A DNA stretch of 64,000 nt, taken from assembly GCA_049297495.1 (NCBI GenBank), contig JBAQUL010000005.1:3868-67867 (forward strand), written 5' to 3'. The notes beneath the pieces are model-generated. The model was not told the DNA's origin and searched no databases. It saw nothing but the letters and a program-made list of their open reading frames with translations. This DNA comes from Candidatus Moraniibacteriota bacterium. Lineage in GTDB: Bacteria; Patescibacteriota; Minisyncoccia; Moranbacterales; UBA2206. Both the position numbers and the translations under genes were made by a program. Positions 46,485 through 56,535 of this stretch are shown here, piece after piece. Positions within the stretch are counted from its first letter, which is position 1. The number at the start of each line of letters is the position of its first letter.

Positions 46485-49367
46485 CTATTTTCCGCCACGA
46501 TCTAACAACTTAAAGTTTTTATACTCCACGCCACCGGCTTCAAGCGATGATTTGATCATTCTAGTCGTCCAAGAAAACATATTCTCTCCGGGAAGCGGAT
46601 TGGAAAAATTAGTTCCAAATTGTTTAGCAACGTATCCTTTTAATTCCACAATCTTTGAGCTCTGCCCATTTTCGCTACCCAAAAATTCGGCCGCCCCAAC
46701 AGCTTTTAGCCCCGCTACTCCACCCTCAATTTGTTGTCCCGCAAAAGTCTCTCTGGCAAGCGAATTAAAGGCCTTGGCGTAGGCTTTTTCATAACCACCT
46801 TTGGCTGATTCGAGCGCTGCCGCCCTTGCGCCACTAACATCATTAGTATCACTTACAGCTCTCGTATACGCCTCTTCCGCCGCAGCCTTTAACCTGCCAA
46901 GATCTAGTAATTCCCCTCTGTGTGATTGCATGGATTCTGGCATCGACTGAATATTTCTCAATATCTCAGCACCACCCTTGCCATACACTTTTTGATATTC
47001 ATTATTTAATTCTTGATGCATGCGATCTCCATCGGCCGAAGCATGTGATTGCGCATTTGAGTTCGGACTACTATTTTCTACACCTTCTTGCGCACGCACA
47101 CCACTATCAACCGAGCTGGAATGAGGTTCCACATCTGGCGCTACACCTGCTGAGACTGGTGCTTCTGGAGTAGGACTGACATCTGGTCCGACTGGCATCA
47201 CTTTTTCGACCGAAGGCTGATGAACTTCCGTTCCTCCTGCAGGCACATCCGGAGTGTTAACATGCGCACCAAGGATGCGGTCCACTTTGACAGTTCCTTT
47301 CTCCCAATCAACAATAACCTTTTGCCCCGGTTTGATTTTACCCAGCTCCTTAAGAGTTTCTTCATTATCAGGATTTGACGCTATCTGATGAGCCAATGTT
47401 TCTGCGTCATGAGGGCTCATGCCTTCTGCAATTTTCTGATTTATCATTATCCTCTCGACACTGTCACCCTTTGCCGCGACATACTCAGAGGCACCTTGCG
47501 CTGATACTGGCGCCTCAACCGAGCTAAACCTATCACCATCAGACGCTCCAGCATGCGTCGCTTCCATTTTTGGATTGAATCTGTCACCATCGGACGCACC
47601 AGCGTGTGTCGCTTCATGAGCAGAATCCGCATGATCAATAGGATTTGTGCCGACTTCAACCGGCGCCGGTTCACTAGCAAAAGCTAATCCTCCAGATTCG
47701 TCTGCGCCGCCCACATTCACATGTTCCCAAAGACTAGTTGCACCATCTTTCATTAGACCAAAACCCTTCCCGATGAGCCACCCTGCTGCCCCCGATCCTA
47801 CAGCAACAGCAACACCCGCCCCGATCAATTTTCTGTTTCTCGCTTGACTCTTCTCTTTTTGCAAACCATCATGATAAGTCTTCATTTCCTTACCACAATA
47901 TTCATTAAGCGCCTGAATATGTTCTTGAAGACTTCTTTCCACATTTCCCATCATCTCATTCTTGTCTTTTCCCGCTTTTTTGTTCACTTTATTCCTTGAA
48001 CGCGCCTCTAGCCCTGCCGTCACACTAGTGCCAAGCACTGCGCCACCAAGCCACCTTCGAACCAGATTAACGCCAGTTACACCAGCCACAGCTACAGCCG
48101 ATCCAGTGAATGCAGCATAACCTCCAGCTGCAAAAAGAGCTACCGCAATACCTGTTTTTATTCTTGGATCCAGCGTACGGTACTTATTAATCAATTCTGC
48201 GCCTATCTTCAAAGCTTTCTCGCCAAATCTTCCCATCTTCGTTTCTGACCAGGATGCTGTTCGCGCATCCGTCCTTGCTCCCGCCAAATCAAGTTTCTCG
48301 GTGAAGCCAAAATATGTTGCCATGTCACCCATCTCTTTTTTCATTTCCGTCATCGCCGCCGCTTTTTCCGCTGGTGGCAAACTATCCATGTTGGCATATT
48401 TATCTCGCATCGCTTGGATTTGCAAATTCCGCAACTCATTTAATGCTCCTTGATATTGCTGATAAGCAAATGAATCTTTGGCGCCAGTTGGCAAATTTTC
48501 AGTCTTCATACCCAGCACACTTTTGAGCTTTGTGAAAATATTCGTTGTTCTATAATCCTCAGCGGCATAACCTTTTCTTTTTTCTTCTACTAAAATTCTC
48601 AGCTCTTCGAGCTTGCCAAGCTTTTCTTTTTCTTCAGGACTATAAGCAGCATCTTTCTCTTCGCCCATCTTAAACCGACCATCATCTTTTTCCTCTATGC
48701 TCTTGCCAATTTTTCTGCCCATATTTTTCCGAGTCTCTCTCTTAGCGTCGGTCTTCTCTTTTTCTCCAGCAGGAATGATATCTCCAATTTCTCCTTGATA
48801 AGCGGCAAAAGCGCCTTCCTGCATCCCATCATCCTCTCTTCTTATAATATCCGCTTCAGGCTTAACACCCTCAGCTTTTTTCTTGCCAGTATCGCCAGTC
48901 TCTTCTTGGTAGGCCGCAAAAGCGCTTTCTTGCATTTCATCATCCTCTCTTCTGATGATATCTGCCTTCGCATCAATACCTTTCGAGACTGGATCAGTTT
49001 TTGTCCCACTTTCAACATCCTCCACCTGATAAGCTGCGAAAGCATTTTCTTGCATATCATCACCATCTCTTCTGATGTGATCCATCTTTGCATCAATACC
49101 CTTTGAGACTGGATCAGTCACCATCTTCTGCGCATCCTCTCCTTGGTAGGCCGCAAAAGCGCTTTCTTGCATTTCATCACCTTTTTTTCTAATCATATCC
49201 GCTTCCGTATCGACACCCACGTGTTTTTTTTCACCGCCAGCCATTCCCGCTTTTGCCCTAGCAAGTTCAAGCCGCTTTCTTTTTTCCTCAGTTTGAGGGA
49301 ACTCAATTATTTTATTTTTCTTAACCCCAGGTTTGGTCTCTGGCTTAAATGCAAAACTTTCCTTCAT
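46485..49367 (-). CDS. large membrane protein with about 5 tandem 27-aa repeats, Gly/Ala-rich TM helices and a LysM-like C-terminal segment
   Basis: 960 aa; repeats DPVSKGIDAK.D.IRR.(G/E)D(D/E)MQE.AFAAYQ (81-bp DNA tandem repeats at about 48770-49120); TM helices TGIAVALFAAGGYAAFTGSAVAVAG and LIGAGVAVAVGSGAAGWLIG; LysM-like ...GDSVERIM...LGKIKPGQKVIV. Confidence 0.6.
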   Translation of the reverse strand: MKESFAFKPETKPGVKKNKIIEFPQTEEKRKRLELARAKAGMAGGEKKHVGVDTEADMIRKKGDEMQESAFAAYQGEDAQKMVTDPVSKGIDAKMDHIRRDGDDMQENAFAAYQVEDVESGTKTDPVSKGIDAKADIIRREDDEMQESAFAAYQEETGDTGKKKAEGVKPEADIIRREDDGMQEGAFAAYQGEIGDIIPAGEKEKTDAKRETRKNMGRKIGKSIEEKDDGRFKMGEEKDAAYSPEEKEKLGKLEELRILVEEKRKGYAAEDYRTTNIFTKLKSVLGMKTENLPTGAKDSFAYQQYQGALNELRNLQIQAMRDKYANMDSLPPAEKAAAMTEMKKEMGDMATYFGFTEKLDLAGARTDARTASWSETKMGRFGEKALKIGAELINKYRTLDPRIKTGIAVALFAAGGYAAFTGSAVAVAGVTGVNLVRRWLGGAVLGTSVTAGLEARSRNKVNKKAGKDKNEMMGNVERSLQEHIQALNEYCGKEMKTYHDGLQKEKSQARNRKLIGAGVAVAVGSGAAGWLIGKGFGLMKDGATSLWEHVNVGGADESGGLAFASEPAPVEVGTNPIDHADSAHEATHAGASDGDRFNPKMEATHAGASDGDRFSSVEAPVSAQGASEYVAAKGDSVERIMINQKIAEGMSPHDAETLAHQIASNPDNEETLKELGKIKPGQKVIVDWEKGTVKVDRILGAHVNTPDVPAGGTEVHQPSVEKVMPVGPDVSPTPEAPVSAGVAPDVEPHSSSVDSGVRAQEGVENSSPNSNAQSHASADGDRMHQELNNEYQKVYGKGGAEILRNIQSMPESMQSHRGELLDLGRLKAAAEEAYTRAVSDTNDVSGARAAALESAKGGYEKAYAKAFNSLARETFAGQQIEGGVAGLKAVGAAEFLGSENGQSSKIVELKGYVAKQFGTNFSNPLPGENMFSWTTRMIKSSLEAGGVEYKNFKLLDRGGK

Positions 49368-49542
49368 TTTGTTGTTTCTAATTTTTTATAAATATTAAAA
49401 AGATAACTGTGACTTTCACTTGTTTAAATTATACAACAAAAAAACAATTCTTGCTACAAGACAAATAACTTCCTGCTGTGGATAACGTAAAAATATGATA
49501 TACTAATCTTACAATGAATTTAAAGATTAAAAAAAATGATCA

Positions 49543-49690
49543 GGACTTACGCGTTTGCCAAAAATAAGCTTTTCCATAGCCGGGGTTGATTAAAAAAAGC
49601 TTTGGTAGTTTTGGGCGTTAAGATAAACAAAAAACAAACTCTAAGTAACCACGCGCTTTAAAGATTGTTTTTGGTAAATGCGTAAGTCCT
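49543..49690. mobile_element. MITE-like element copy 2
   Basis: TIRs AGGACTTACGCGTTTGCCAAAAA and TTTTTGGTAAATGCGTAAGTCCT; about 75% identical to copy 3 over the whole element. Confidence 0.6.
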
Positions 49691-49716
49691 AATAATAAAA
49701 TAAATATATTAAACCT

Positions 49717-51573
49717 ATGTCAATCCAAAAATTTTTGGAAAAAAACTACAAGCTAGTTATTGGAATCATCCTCGCCTTCATCTTTACGGTTTCCGTCCTG
49801 AACGCTTGGTGGGACAGCGCCATTTTCGATGAAACTGCCCACATCCCTGCCGGCTATTCCTACCTGACAATGCATGACATGCGCCTTAATCCGGAACATC
49901 CACCCCTCCTGAAAGATCTTGCCGCATTTCCTTTGCTTTTTTTAAATTTAAACTTTGATACCACGCAAAATTTCTGGACCACCGATATTAACGGTCAATG
50001 GGTGGCCGGTCACAATCTTTTTTGGCTGAATGGTAACAATTCCGATCTGCTTATTTTTTGGGCGCGCATTCCTTTTGTCCTTCTTTCTCTGCTTTTTGGT
50101 CTGTTTATTTTCAAATGGAGCAAAGAACTCGCAGGAACGCTTGGCGGACTCCTTGCTCTAACCCTCTATGCCTTTGATCCAAACATCTTGGGCCATAACC
50201 ATTTCGTTACAACCGACCTCGGTATTGCCGGATTCATGATGCTGTCCTTTTATTATTTTTTGAAATTCATCAAAGATCCTTCCTGGAAAAATGTCACACT
50301 CGGCGGACTCTTCCTCGCCCTTGTCCAGCTGACGAAATTTTCCTCCATCATGCTCTTTCCAATCTTCGGTCTTGTCGCAGTTATCTACCCCTTGGTTAAA
50401 AAAATTCCCGCCGAAGAAAAGAGTGCTTGCCTTTTTAAACTAAAAAAAATAGGAGAATACTTGGGAAAAAGCATTGTCGCTCTCACTTTTTCGCTCCTGA
50501 TTGTTTGGCTATTTTATGCCTTCAATAATTTCGATATGCCAAAAGAAAAATTAGCTGAAACAATCAACTTCTATTTCACTCCCACAGACACAGAAAACGT
50601 CAAAAATATCTACACCAATAAAGTCCTTCTTGCTCTCAATGAGACAGCCCTGTTTCGTCCGTTATCAGAATATTTCCTTGGTATCGCCATGGTGTTTAAA
50701 AGAGTGGCGGGTGGCAATGGCGCCTACTTCATGGGCCAAGTTTCCAATGCTGCCTTTCCGGCCTATTTCCCAACAGTTTTCGCCCTAAAAGAGCCACTGA
50801 TTATCCTACTGCTCATGCTATTTGCTGCCGTTATCGGTTTTTGGAACAATCTTAAAGCGTTTTTTGATCGTTTCAAGGAATCCGCTCAAAAATCCCCATG
50901 GCTCACGGCGCTTAGCGACTACCTGAGACACAACATTGAAATCCTAGCAATGTTCGCCTTTATCCTGCTCTATGCCTACATCAGCATCACCGGAAATCTC
51001 AATATTGGCTTTCGCCATCTCTTCCCAATCTTGCCTTTTGCCTACATCCTTACTGCCAAAATCATCATCGATTTTTGCGAAAAAAGAAAAAATCTTCCCG
51101 CAAAAATACTATCCTTGTCAATCGTACTTATCTTTTCATTGCTACTTATTATTGAAACTGTGACTGCCTACCCCTATTACATGTCGTATTTCAATCAAAC
51201 CGCTGGCGGACCGAAAAATGGCTATAATTTTGTCACAGATTCCAATGCTGATTGGGGACAAGACCTAAAAAGATTGCAACCCTTCCTTGATGAGCACCCG
51301 GAAATTGATAAAATCCGTGTTGATTATTTTGGTGGAGCAGATATAAAATACTACGTCAAAGATAAATATATCATGTGGTATGACTCCAAACGTCCCCTAG
51401 AAGCTGGCTGGTATGCCATTTCAACCAATTTCCTTCAAGGCAGCATCTATGACGCAACAAAAAAAGACCAAACTACTTATCGCTGGACTCAAAAACTTAA
51501 ACCCCAATATCAAGTAGGAACATCTCTACTCATCTATCACGTCAGTGAGAATGATTTGAAAAACTTGAACTAA
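49717..51573 (+). CDS. GT-C family membrane glycosyltransferase (ArnT/PMT-like, GT39/83-type)
   Basis: 618 aa; the first loop carries the DE motif (AIFDETAHIPAGY), about 12 TM helices, and a C-terminal soluble domain. Confidence 0.65.
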   Translation: MSIQKFLEKNYKLVIGIILAFIFTVSVLNAWWDSAIFDETAHIPAGYSYLTMHDMRLNPEHPPLLKDLAAFPLLFLNLNFDTTQNFWTTDINGQWVAGHNLFWLNGNNSDLLIFWARIPFVLLSLLFGLFIFKWSKELAGTLGGLLALTLYAFDPNILGHNHFVTTDLGIAGFMMLSFYYFLKFIKDPSWKNVTLGGLFLALVQLTKFSSIMLFPIFGLVAVIYPLVKKIPAEEKSACLFKLKKIGEYLGKSIVALTFSLLIVWLFYAFNNFDMPKEKLAETINFYFTPTDTENVKNIYTNKVLLALNETALFRPLSEYFLGIAMVFKRVAGGNGAYFMGQVSNAAFPAYFPTVFALKEPLIILLLMLFAAVIGFWNNLKAFFDRFKESAQKSPWLTALSDYLRHNIEILAMFAFILLYAYISITGNLNIGFRHLFPILPFAYILTAKIIIDFCEKRKNLPAKILSLSIVLIFSLLLIIETVTAYPYYMSYFNQTAGGPKNGYNFVTDSNADWGQDLKRLQPFLDEHPEIDKIRVDYFGGADIKYYVKDKYIMWYDSKRPLEAGWYAISTNFLQGSIYDATKKDQTTYRWTQKLKPQYQVGTSLLIYHVSENDLKNLN

Positions 51574-52497
51574 TTATTTCTTTTTCTTTTCCTTCTTTTC
51601 TTCTTTTTTCACTTCTAGCACCACAACATTTTCCACTGCCTGAGACTGCTCAAGCCCCTCTTTAAATTTATAGAAAACCTTATTAGCGATGCGCAAATCC
51701 ACGTACTCGAGATCTTTTTGGCGCTCTTTTTCGATCTTATCAACAACCGCAGTCCTTAGCATCAAAATCTCCCGCTCTATGCCCACGGCCTCGCTAAAAT
51801 AGATTTTCCAACCATCCTCTGTCTCTACTTTCAAATCACCCGACATTCGACTCGGTGTCTCATATTGCTTTTTAAGAACAATTCCCGTACCGTCAAAGAC
51901 CGCTTTTTCTAGCTTCAAAATAAATTCCTGAAAAGAACTTTCAAGGGGGCTAGTTTCTGCATCAATCTGCGCATCACCCAAGTCATTAAGGGTTATGATA
52001 TTTTCCTTTTCCAGTTCTTCTGTGCTGAAATTCGAAGCTCCGTATGCCTCACCTTTCTCGTTCAGAACATAACAATTGCCCAGACTACAAAACAACATTG
52101 TAAGTTTCCTCTCTTCAATTGTCACACTCAAGCCATTTGGAAAATACTTATCAACCCGCACGGTTTTTATCCGCTTAAAATTATCCAAAAGCATCTCTGT
52201 CGTTTTTTTCCCACTAAACACAATCAAATTATCTCTACGGACTAATCCTAAATACTTACCCCGCAACTCATTCTCAATCACATTCCGGATCGGCGCCTCT
52301 TCTAATTTATTTAAACCAGCAATTCCTATGCTTGTTATTGTTAAATAATCAGAAAAAAATAGCGTAAAAATCACAGTTGCAAAAAACAATACCGCTACTA
52401 GACGATAAACCCATTTGCCAGAAAACGGCTTCTTGTTCCGTGGCAAATCAACCTTTTTTCGACGTTCCTTGTGATTTATTATTTTGAGCATACTCAC
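51574..52497 (-). CDS. ftsQ: cell division protein FtsQ/DivIB
   Basis: 307 aa; N-terminal TM segment and a POTRA-like domain (DNLIVFSGKKTTEMLLDNFKRIKTVRVDKYFPNGLSVTIEER); K/E-rich tail. Confidence 0.65.
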   Translation of the reverse strand: MSMLKIINHKERRKKVDLPRNKKPFSGKWVYRLVAVLFFATVIFTLFFSDYLTITSIGIAGLNKLEEAPIRNVIENELRGKYLGLVRRDNLIVFSGKKTTEMLLDNFKRIKTVRVDKYFPNGLSVTIEERKLTMLFCSLGNCYVLNEKGEAYGASNFSTEELEKENIITLNDLGDAQIDAETSPLESSFQEFILKLEKAVFDGTGIVLKKQYETPSRMSGDLKVETEDGWKIYFSEAVGIEREILMLRTAVVDKIEKERQKDLEYVDLRIANKVFYKFKEGLEQSQAVENVVVLEVKKEEKKEKKKK

Positions 52498-52585
52498 ACT
52501 GCCTTAACAAAAAAACCTCGTATTACGATTCCGCTCACGCGTAAAGAATCCTCATTTCAAAGCATCAACGTCATCAAATTAATAG

Positions 52586-53467
52586 TCAGAAAGCCAAAAC
52601 CAAATTTTCTACCACCAAGCGCACATTGGAATTCGTACTGTTGATTATTCGCCTACTCTCCTCTATTTTTTCTATCAGTTTCAATGCTTTTGCCGGAGAG
52701 CTCACAATCAAACTTTTTTGGCCCAAAATCACCCCGCGTAAAAGAATGATCCAAAGATCCATTTTTTCCAAGAGCAGTGGTGTGTTTTTGCTTAGGACCT
52801 CAGCACAAAGCAGCTTTTCATTTCCGCTCATAGAAAACAGCGCTTGCACCTCCCTGACTAGTTCGCGCCTTTCCTCTAGCTCAACTTTTTTATCTAACAA
52901 ATTACACGCCAAACCTGGACGACCCAGTGACCAAAAAATTAATTCTTCCCTGTTGGGCAACGCTTCATCAATCATTCCGCTCATCTCAGTTTCTGACAAA
53001 AGACTAAACCGCTTAATCTGACAACGAGAGATAATCGTTGGCAACAGTTTTTTCTCGTCTTCAGCAATAAGGATGATAATCGTATTTTCAGGTGGTTCTT
53101 CAAGTATTTTCAACAATGAATTTTGTGCTGATATATTTAACTTTTGCGCACTGCGAATAATTGCCACGCGATAATTTTTCGAAAAAGAAGTTAAACTGAA
53201 TTCTTTTTGCAATCTCTTGATTGATTCTAATTTAATTTCTTTCTCCTTGAGAATGCCATCTTTTTCTTCAATTTCCGGCTCGATTATGAGGAGATTCAAA
53301 TCTACCACGCCATCCCTATCCCCGGTCAGTTTTTCTGCAAATTCCTTGGCCACTAAAAATTTCCCGAGCCCCTCTGGACCACAAAAAAGATAACTTTGCA
53401 CAAAAACTTTTTTTTCTATCGCCCTATTCAGCGAATCGACAACCTTCTTATTTCCCAGAATTTTCAT
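52586..53467 (-). CDS. holB: DNA polymerase III subunit delta'
   Basis: 293 aa; ...HSYLFCGPEGLGKF... in the AAA+ clamp-loader delta' arrangement. Confidence 0.7.
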   Translation of the reverse strand: MKILGNKKVVDSLNRAIEKKVFVQSYLFCGPEGLGKFLVAKEFAEKLTGDRDGVVDLNLLIIEPEIEEKDGILKEKEIKLESIKRLQKEFSLTSFSKNYRVAIIRSAQKLNISAQNSLLKILEEPPENTIIILIAEDEKKLLPTIISRCQIKRFSLLSETEMSGMIDEALPNREELIFWSLGRPGLACNLLDKKVELEERRELVREVQALFSMSGNEKLLCAEVLSKNTPLLLEKMDLWIILLRGVILGQKSLIVSSPAKALKLIEKIEESRRIINSTNSNVRLVVENLVLAF

Positions 53468-54611
53468 ATATATTGCTAATAAACAACTCCAATTCCTTCA
53501 CAAACCGTTCTTCGCTAAATTCTTTGGCTCGCGCAATAATCACCTCCTTATTATAGGTATTTTCATTTTCCCGAAATCTACGCACACCATCAGCAATAAT
53601 CTCCGAAGTAACGCTGTCAAAAAACTCACCCGTCTTTCCTTCAAGCAGAATTTCTCTCATTCCGCCCATCCTAAGACCTAGCACGGGAACACCCTGCAAC
53701 ATCGCCTCCACTGGTGCAATACCAAAATCATCCAGTGCTGGAAAAATAAAGCCGCGCGCTCCAATATAGATTTTTGAAAGTTCCGCATCGGATTGAAAAC
53801 CTAAAAACTTAATATTTTTTTCTGCTATTGACCTAAGATATTTTTCCTGATCACCCGTGCCCACAATCACCAATGGCAACTCCAATTTATTAAACGCCTC
53901 CACGACCACATCAATTTTTTTATAGGCAGAAAGTCGTGAGACAACAAGAAAGTATTTCTCTTCTGCAAGTTTAGCGCCACTCGCTTCATTGATAGAAACT
54001 GGCGGGTCGATTCGCAACGCTTCGCATAGCGACACGGGCGGATAAATCACCGGGGCTTCACGATTATAGTATTTTTTAATCCTATCTTTCGTATAGTGAG
54101 AATTGGCAATTAAATATTCTGGTCGATCCGCAGCGGCAAAATCCCAAAGGCGGATATAATTCAACATATATCGACTGAAAAAATTGATGATGCCCCCTTT
54201 ATTTTGCTGACGCAAATATTCCCCGTTCATATCCCAAGCAAAACGCATCGGACTATGCAAATAGGAGACATGGATCGTATCGAGACGAGTCACGATTCCC
54301 TTGGACCATGCCCCAGAGCTAGAAATGATCAAATCAAAATCTCGCAGGTTAAAAGTTTCTGGCGCCACTGGCAAAAATGGCAAGAGCCACTTCTTTCTAT
54401 TGCGTAAGAACTTCGGCCACTTTTGCAAAAAAGAAACTTCCACTCTTCTATCCCTCAACCAATCGGGAAAGTTATCTTTCTCCGCAAGCAAGGTATAGAT
54501 TGGCGCGTTTGGAAACATTCCTGAAAGCGTTTTCAGGACTCGCTCCGCCCCACCAAATTCAACAAGAAAATCGTGCACCAAAGCAACTTTCAGCTCTTTT
54601 TTATCAAACAT
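53448..54611 (-). CDS. glycosyltransferase family 4
   Basis: 387 aa; GT4 C-terminal motif ...FPALDDFGIAPVEAMLQGVPVLGLRMGGMREIL. Confidence 0.75.
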   Translation of the reverse strand: MFDKKELKVALVHDFLVEFGGAERVLKTLSGMFPNAPIYTLLAEKDNFPDWLRDRRVEVSFLQKWPKFLRNRKKWLLPFLPVAPETFNLRDFDLIISSSGAWSKGIVTRLDTIHVSYLHSPMRFAWDMNGEYLRQQNKGGIINFFSRYMLNYIRLWDFAAADRPEYLIANSHYTKDRIKKYYNREAPVIYPPVSLCEALRIDPPVSINEASGAKLAEEKYFLVVSRLSAYKKIDVVVEAFNKLELPLVIVGTGDQEKYLRSIAEKNIKFLGFQSDAELSKIYIGARGFIFPALDDFGIAPVEAMLQGVPVLGLRMGGMREILLEGKTGEFFDSVTSEIIADGVRRFRENENTYNKEVIIARAKEFSEERFVKELELFISNIYENSGK

Positions 54612-54816
54612 AGCATTTAAGACCCAAATTGGTCATTTTAGACAATATTTCAGTAATTCCAATTCTAGCACAAATCAACAGTTTTTGCACCAAAACCGGA
54701 GACATGCTAAAATATCTTCAATAAGCTCTCTTTTGCATAAAGCCAAGTGGTTTGCAGCTGTATTCAATACGTCCTCAACGTAGCATTGATTAAATAATTA
54801 ATTTGATAGAAAAAAT

Positions 54817-55251
54817 ATGTTTTCAGAACATGCGCCAATGGCTAGCCCTGAAGAATTAAATCCTAACCCAAACAAAAGAGAGGGCAATACTAAGCCCGCA
54901 AATGATTTCACAAAAGAAGATATAAGGATAATTGAGGATGACAGAAATACGCTCGTGGCAAATGTTCACAATGCTAGTCGCCCAATAATGGATCAGTTGC
55001 TGAGAAAAAATAAACTTTCAAAAGTTGATGTTGCGCGGGCGGAAGCCGCTGCAATAAATGAAGAGCTGCGTAAAATCGAAGAAGGAGTAACCCGCATAAA
55101 CGAAGACCTCAAGCAGCTAGAAAACCAGAACGCCACAGAACAAACCGAGGCAGCTAATTCTGTCACTATCTTAAAATTGAAAACTGAACTGGAGACCCTC
55201 TCGGCTAGAAAAAGAGCTATAAAATCCGAACTTGAAATATTCGAGCCATGA
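54817..55251 (+). CDS. coiled-coil hypothetical protein
   Basis: 144-aa helical ORF. Confidence 0.35.
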   Translation: MFSEHAPMASPEELNPNPNKREGNTKPANDFTKEDIRIIEDDRNTLVANVHNASRPIMDQLLRKNKLSKVDVARAEAAAINEELRKIEEGVTRINEDLKQLENQNATEQTEAANSVTILKLKTELETLSARKRAIKSELEIFEP

Positions 55252-55295
55252 GCCATCTCGCTAGATCAAGACCCTACTCAAAAATCACACAAAAG

Positions 55296-56378
55296 TTACT
55301 CCGTCAAAACCGTCGCGATAAGATCGGCACAATTTTTCCAACTAAACCGCTTGATATTTTCATAACCCTTTTTAATCATATCTTTGGCCATTTTTTCATT
55401 CTGCACAAGAGTGATTATAGCTTCAGAAATCATTTCTGGCTCTGCTGGATCAACTAAATACGCGCTTCCATTGGCCACTTCGGGAAGCGATGATGTATTG
55501 GAAGTGATAACTGGAACGCCTTGACTTTGCGCTTCCAGAACAGGCAAGCCAAAACCTTCATAGAGTGTCGGAAAAAGAAAAACAGTTGCGTTTTTAAATA
55601 ATTGCCATTTTCTAGCGTCTTTCACATAACCCAGTATAATAATATCTTTTCTATACGCAGACCTCCCGATACGCTCCCGTATTTCAACATCTCCAAAACC
55701 AAATTTGCCACCCAAGACTAATTTGTGCTTAGCCTTGGTCTTTTTTTTAAATAAATCAAAAGCTTCCACTATACCTGAAATATTTTTGCGTTTTTCCAAG
55801 CGTCCCATAAAAAATAGGTATGGCTTCATCTCCTCAACCTCTCCATCATCTTCCCAGTCAAGCTCTCCTGTTTTATCTTCATAACCCTCATAGACAATAT
55901 TAATTTTATCTTCCGGAACCTCATAGAGGTTCATCAAATCTCTTTTAGTGTTTTTGGAAACACAAATAATCTTTGTTGCCCAACGGCAAGAATTTTTAAT
56001 CGAAAAGCGCATATAGAATCGCTCAAAAGGAGAATATGCTTCTGGCATAATTTCATACTCCAATCCATGTACCGTCACAACAGTTTTTTTCGGATGAAAA
56101 AACGGCACAGTGTGTGCCGGAACAAAAAGGACATCAATCGGATGAAGAAAAAGTTCCATGGATAGTCCGATTTGCGTCCAGAGGCGTGGAAATCGAATCT
56201 TTTTGATTTGCCAATTTTTGGGCACAGAAAAATCCACCTTCTGCGTCCCTCGCAGATAAAGAATAACGCGATGTTCTTTCAAGCGCGTACGCAACTGCCT
56301 AATCACCTGATAGGAATATTCCTCAACACCCGTTCTTTGTTTTAAAAAAGCCCGCGAACCATCAATACCGATTTTCAT
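55296..56378 (-). CDS. glycosyltransferase family 4
   Basis: 360 aa; ...FPTLYEGFGLPVLEAQSQGVPVITSNTSSLPEV. Confidence 0.75.
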   Translation of the reverse strand: MKIGIDGSRAFLKQRTGVEEYSYQVIRQLRTRLKEHRVILYLRGTQKVDFSVPKNWQIKKIRFPRLWTQIGLSMELFLHPIDVLFVPAHTVPFFHPKKTVVTVHGLEYEIMPEAYSPFERFYMRFSIKNSCRWATKIICVSKNTKRDLMNLYEVPEDKINIVYEGYEDKTGELDWEDDGEVEEMKPYLFFMGRLEKRKNISGIVEAFDLFKKKTKAKHKLVLGGKFGFGDVEIRERIGRSAYRKDIIILGYVKDARKWQLFKNATVFLFPTLYEGFGLPVLEAQSQGVPVITSNTSSLPEVANGSAYLVDPAEPEMISEAIITLVQNEKMAKDMIKKGYENIKRFSWKNCADLIATVLTE

Positions 56379-56402
56379 AAGAGTTTTTGAACTTTAGTTT
56401 TA

Positions 56403-56535
56403 TTATAAGACTAAGGACGTTTGTTTTCGAGTGCAGTTCGAGGCAAAATCGAGCAGCGAGTGAGACGTAATTACTGTTACGACGAACGAGTAGCGGAGGT
56501 TTTAACGAAGAAATGCGCCGAAAACAAACGTCCGT
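56403..56535. repeat. structured intergenic element bounded by a perfect 15-bp inverted repeat
   Basis: GGACGTTTGTTTTCG (56406-56420) and CGAAAACAAACGTCC (56518-56532) flank about 97 nt of GC-richer sequence with internal hairpins (for example CGTAA-TTACTG-TTACG). Confidence 0.5.

Noticed and set aside
48795-49106. 103-aa plus-strand ORF and an 84-aa minus-strand ORF
   Set aside because: Frame artefacts generated by the 81-bp tandem repeats within the 960-aa gene.
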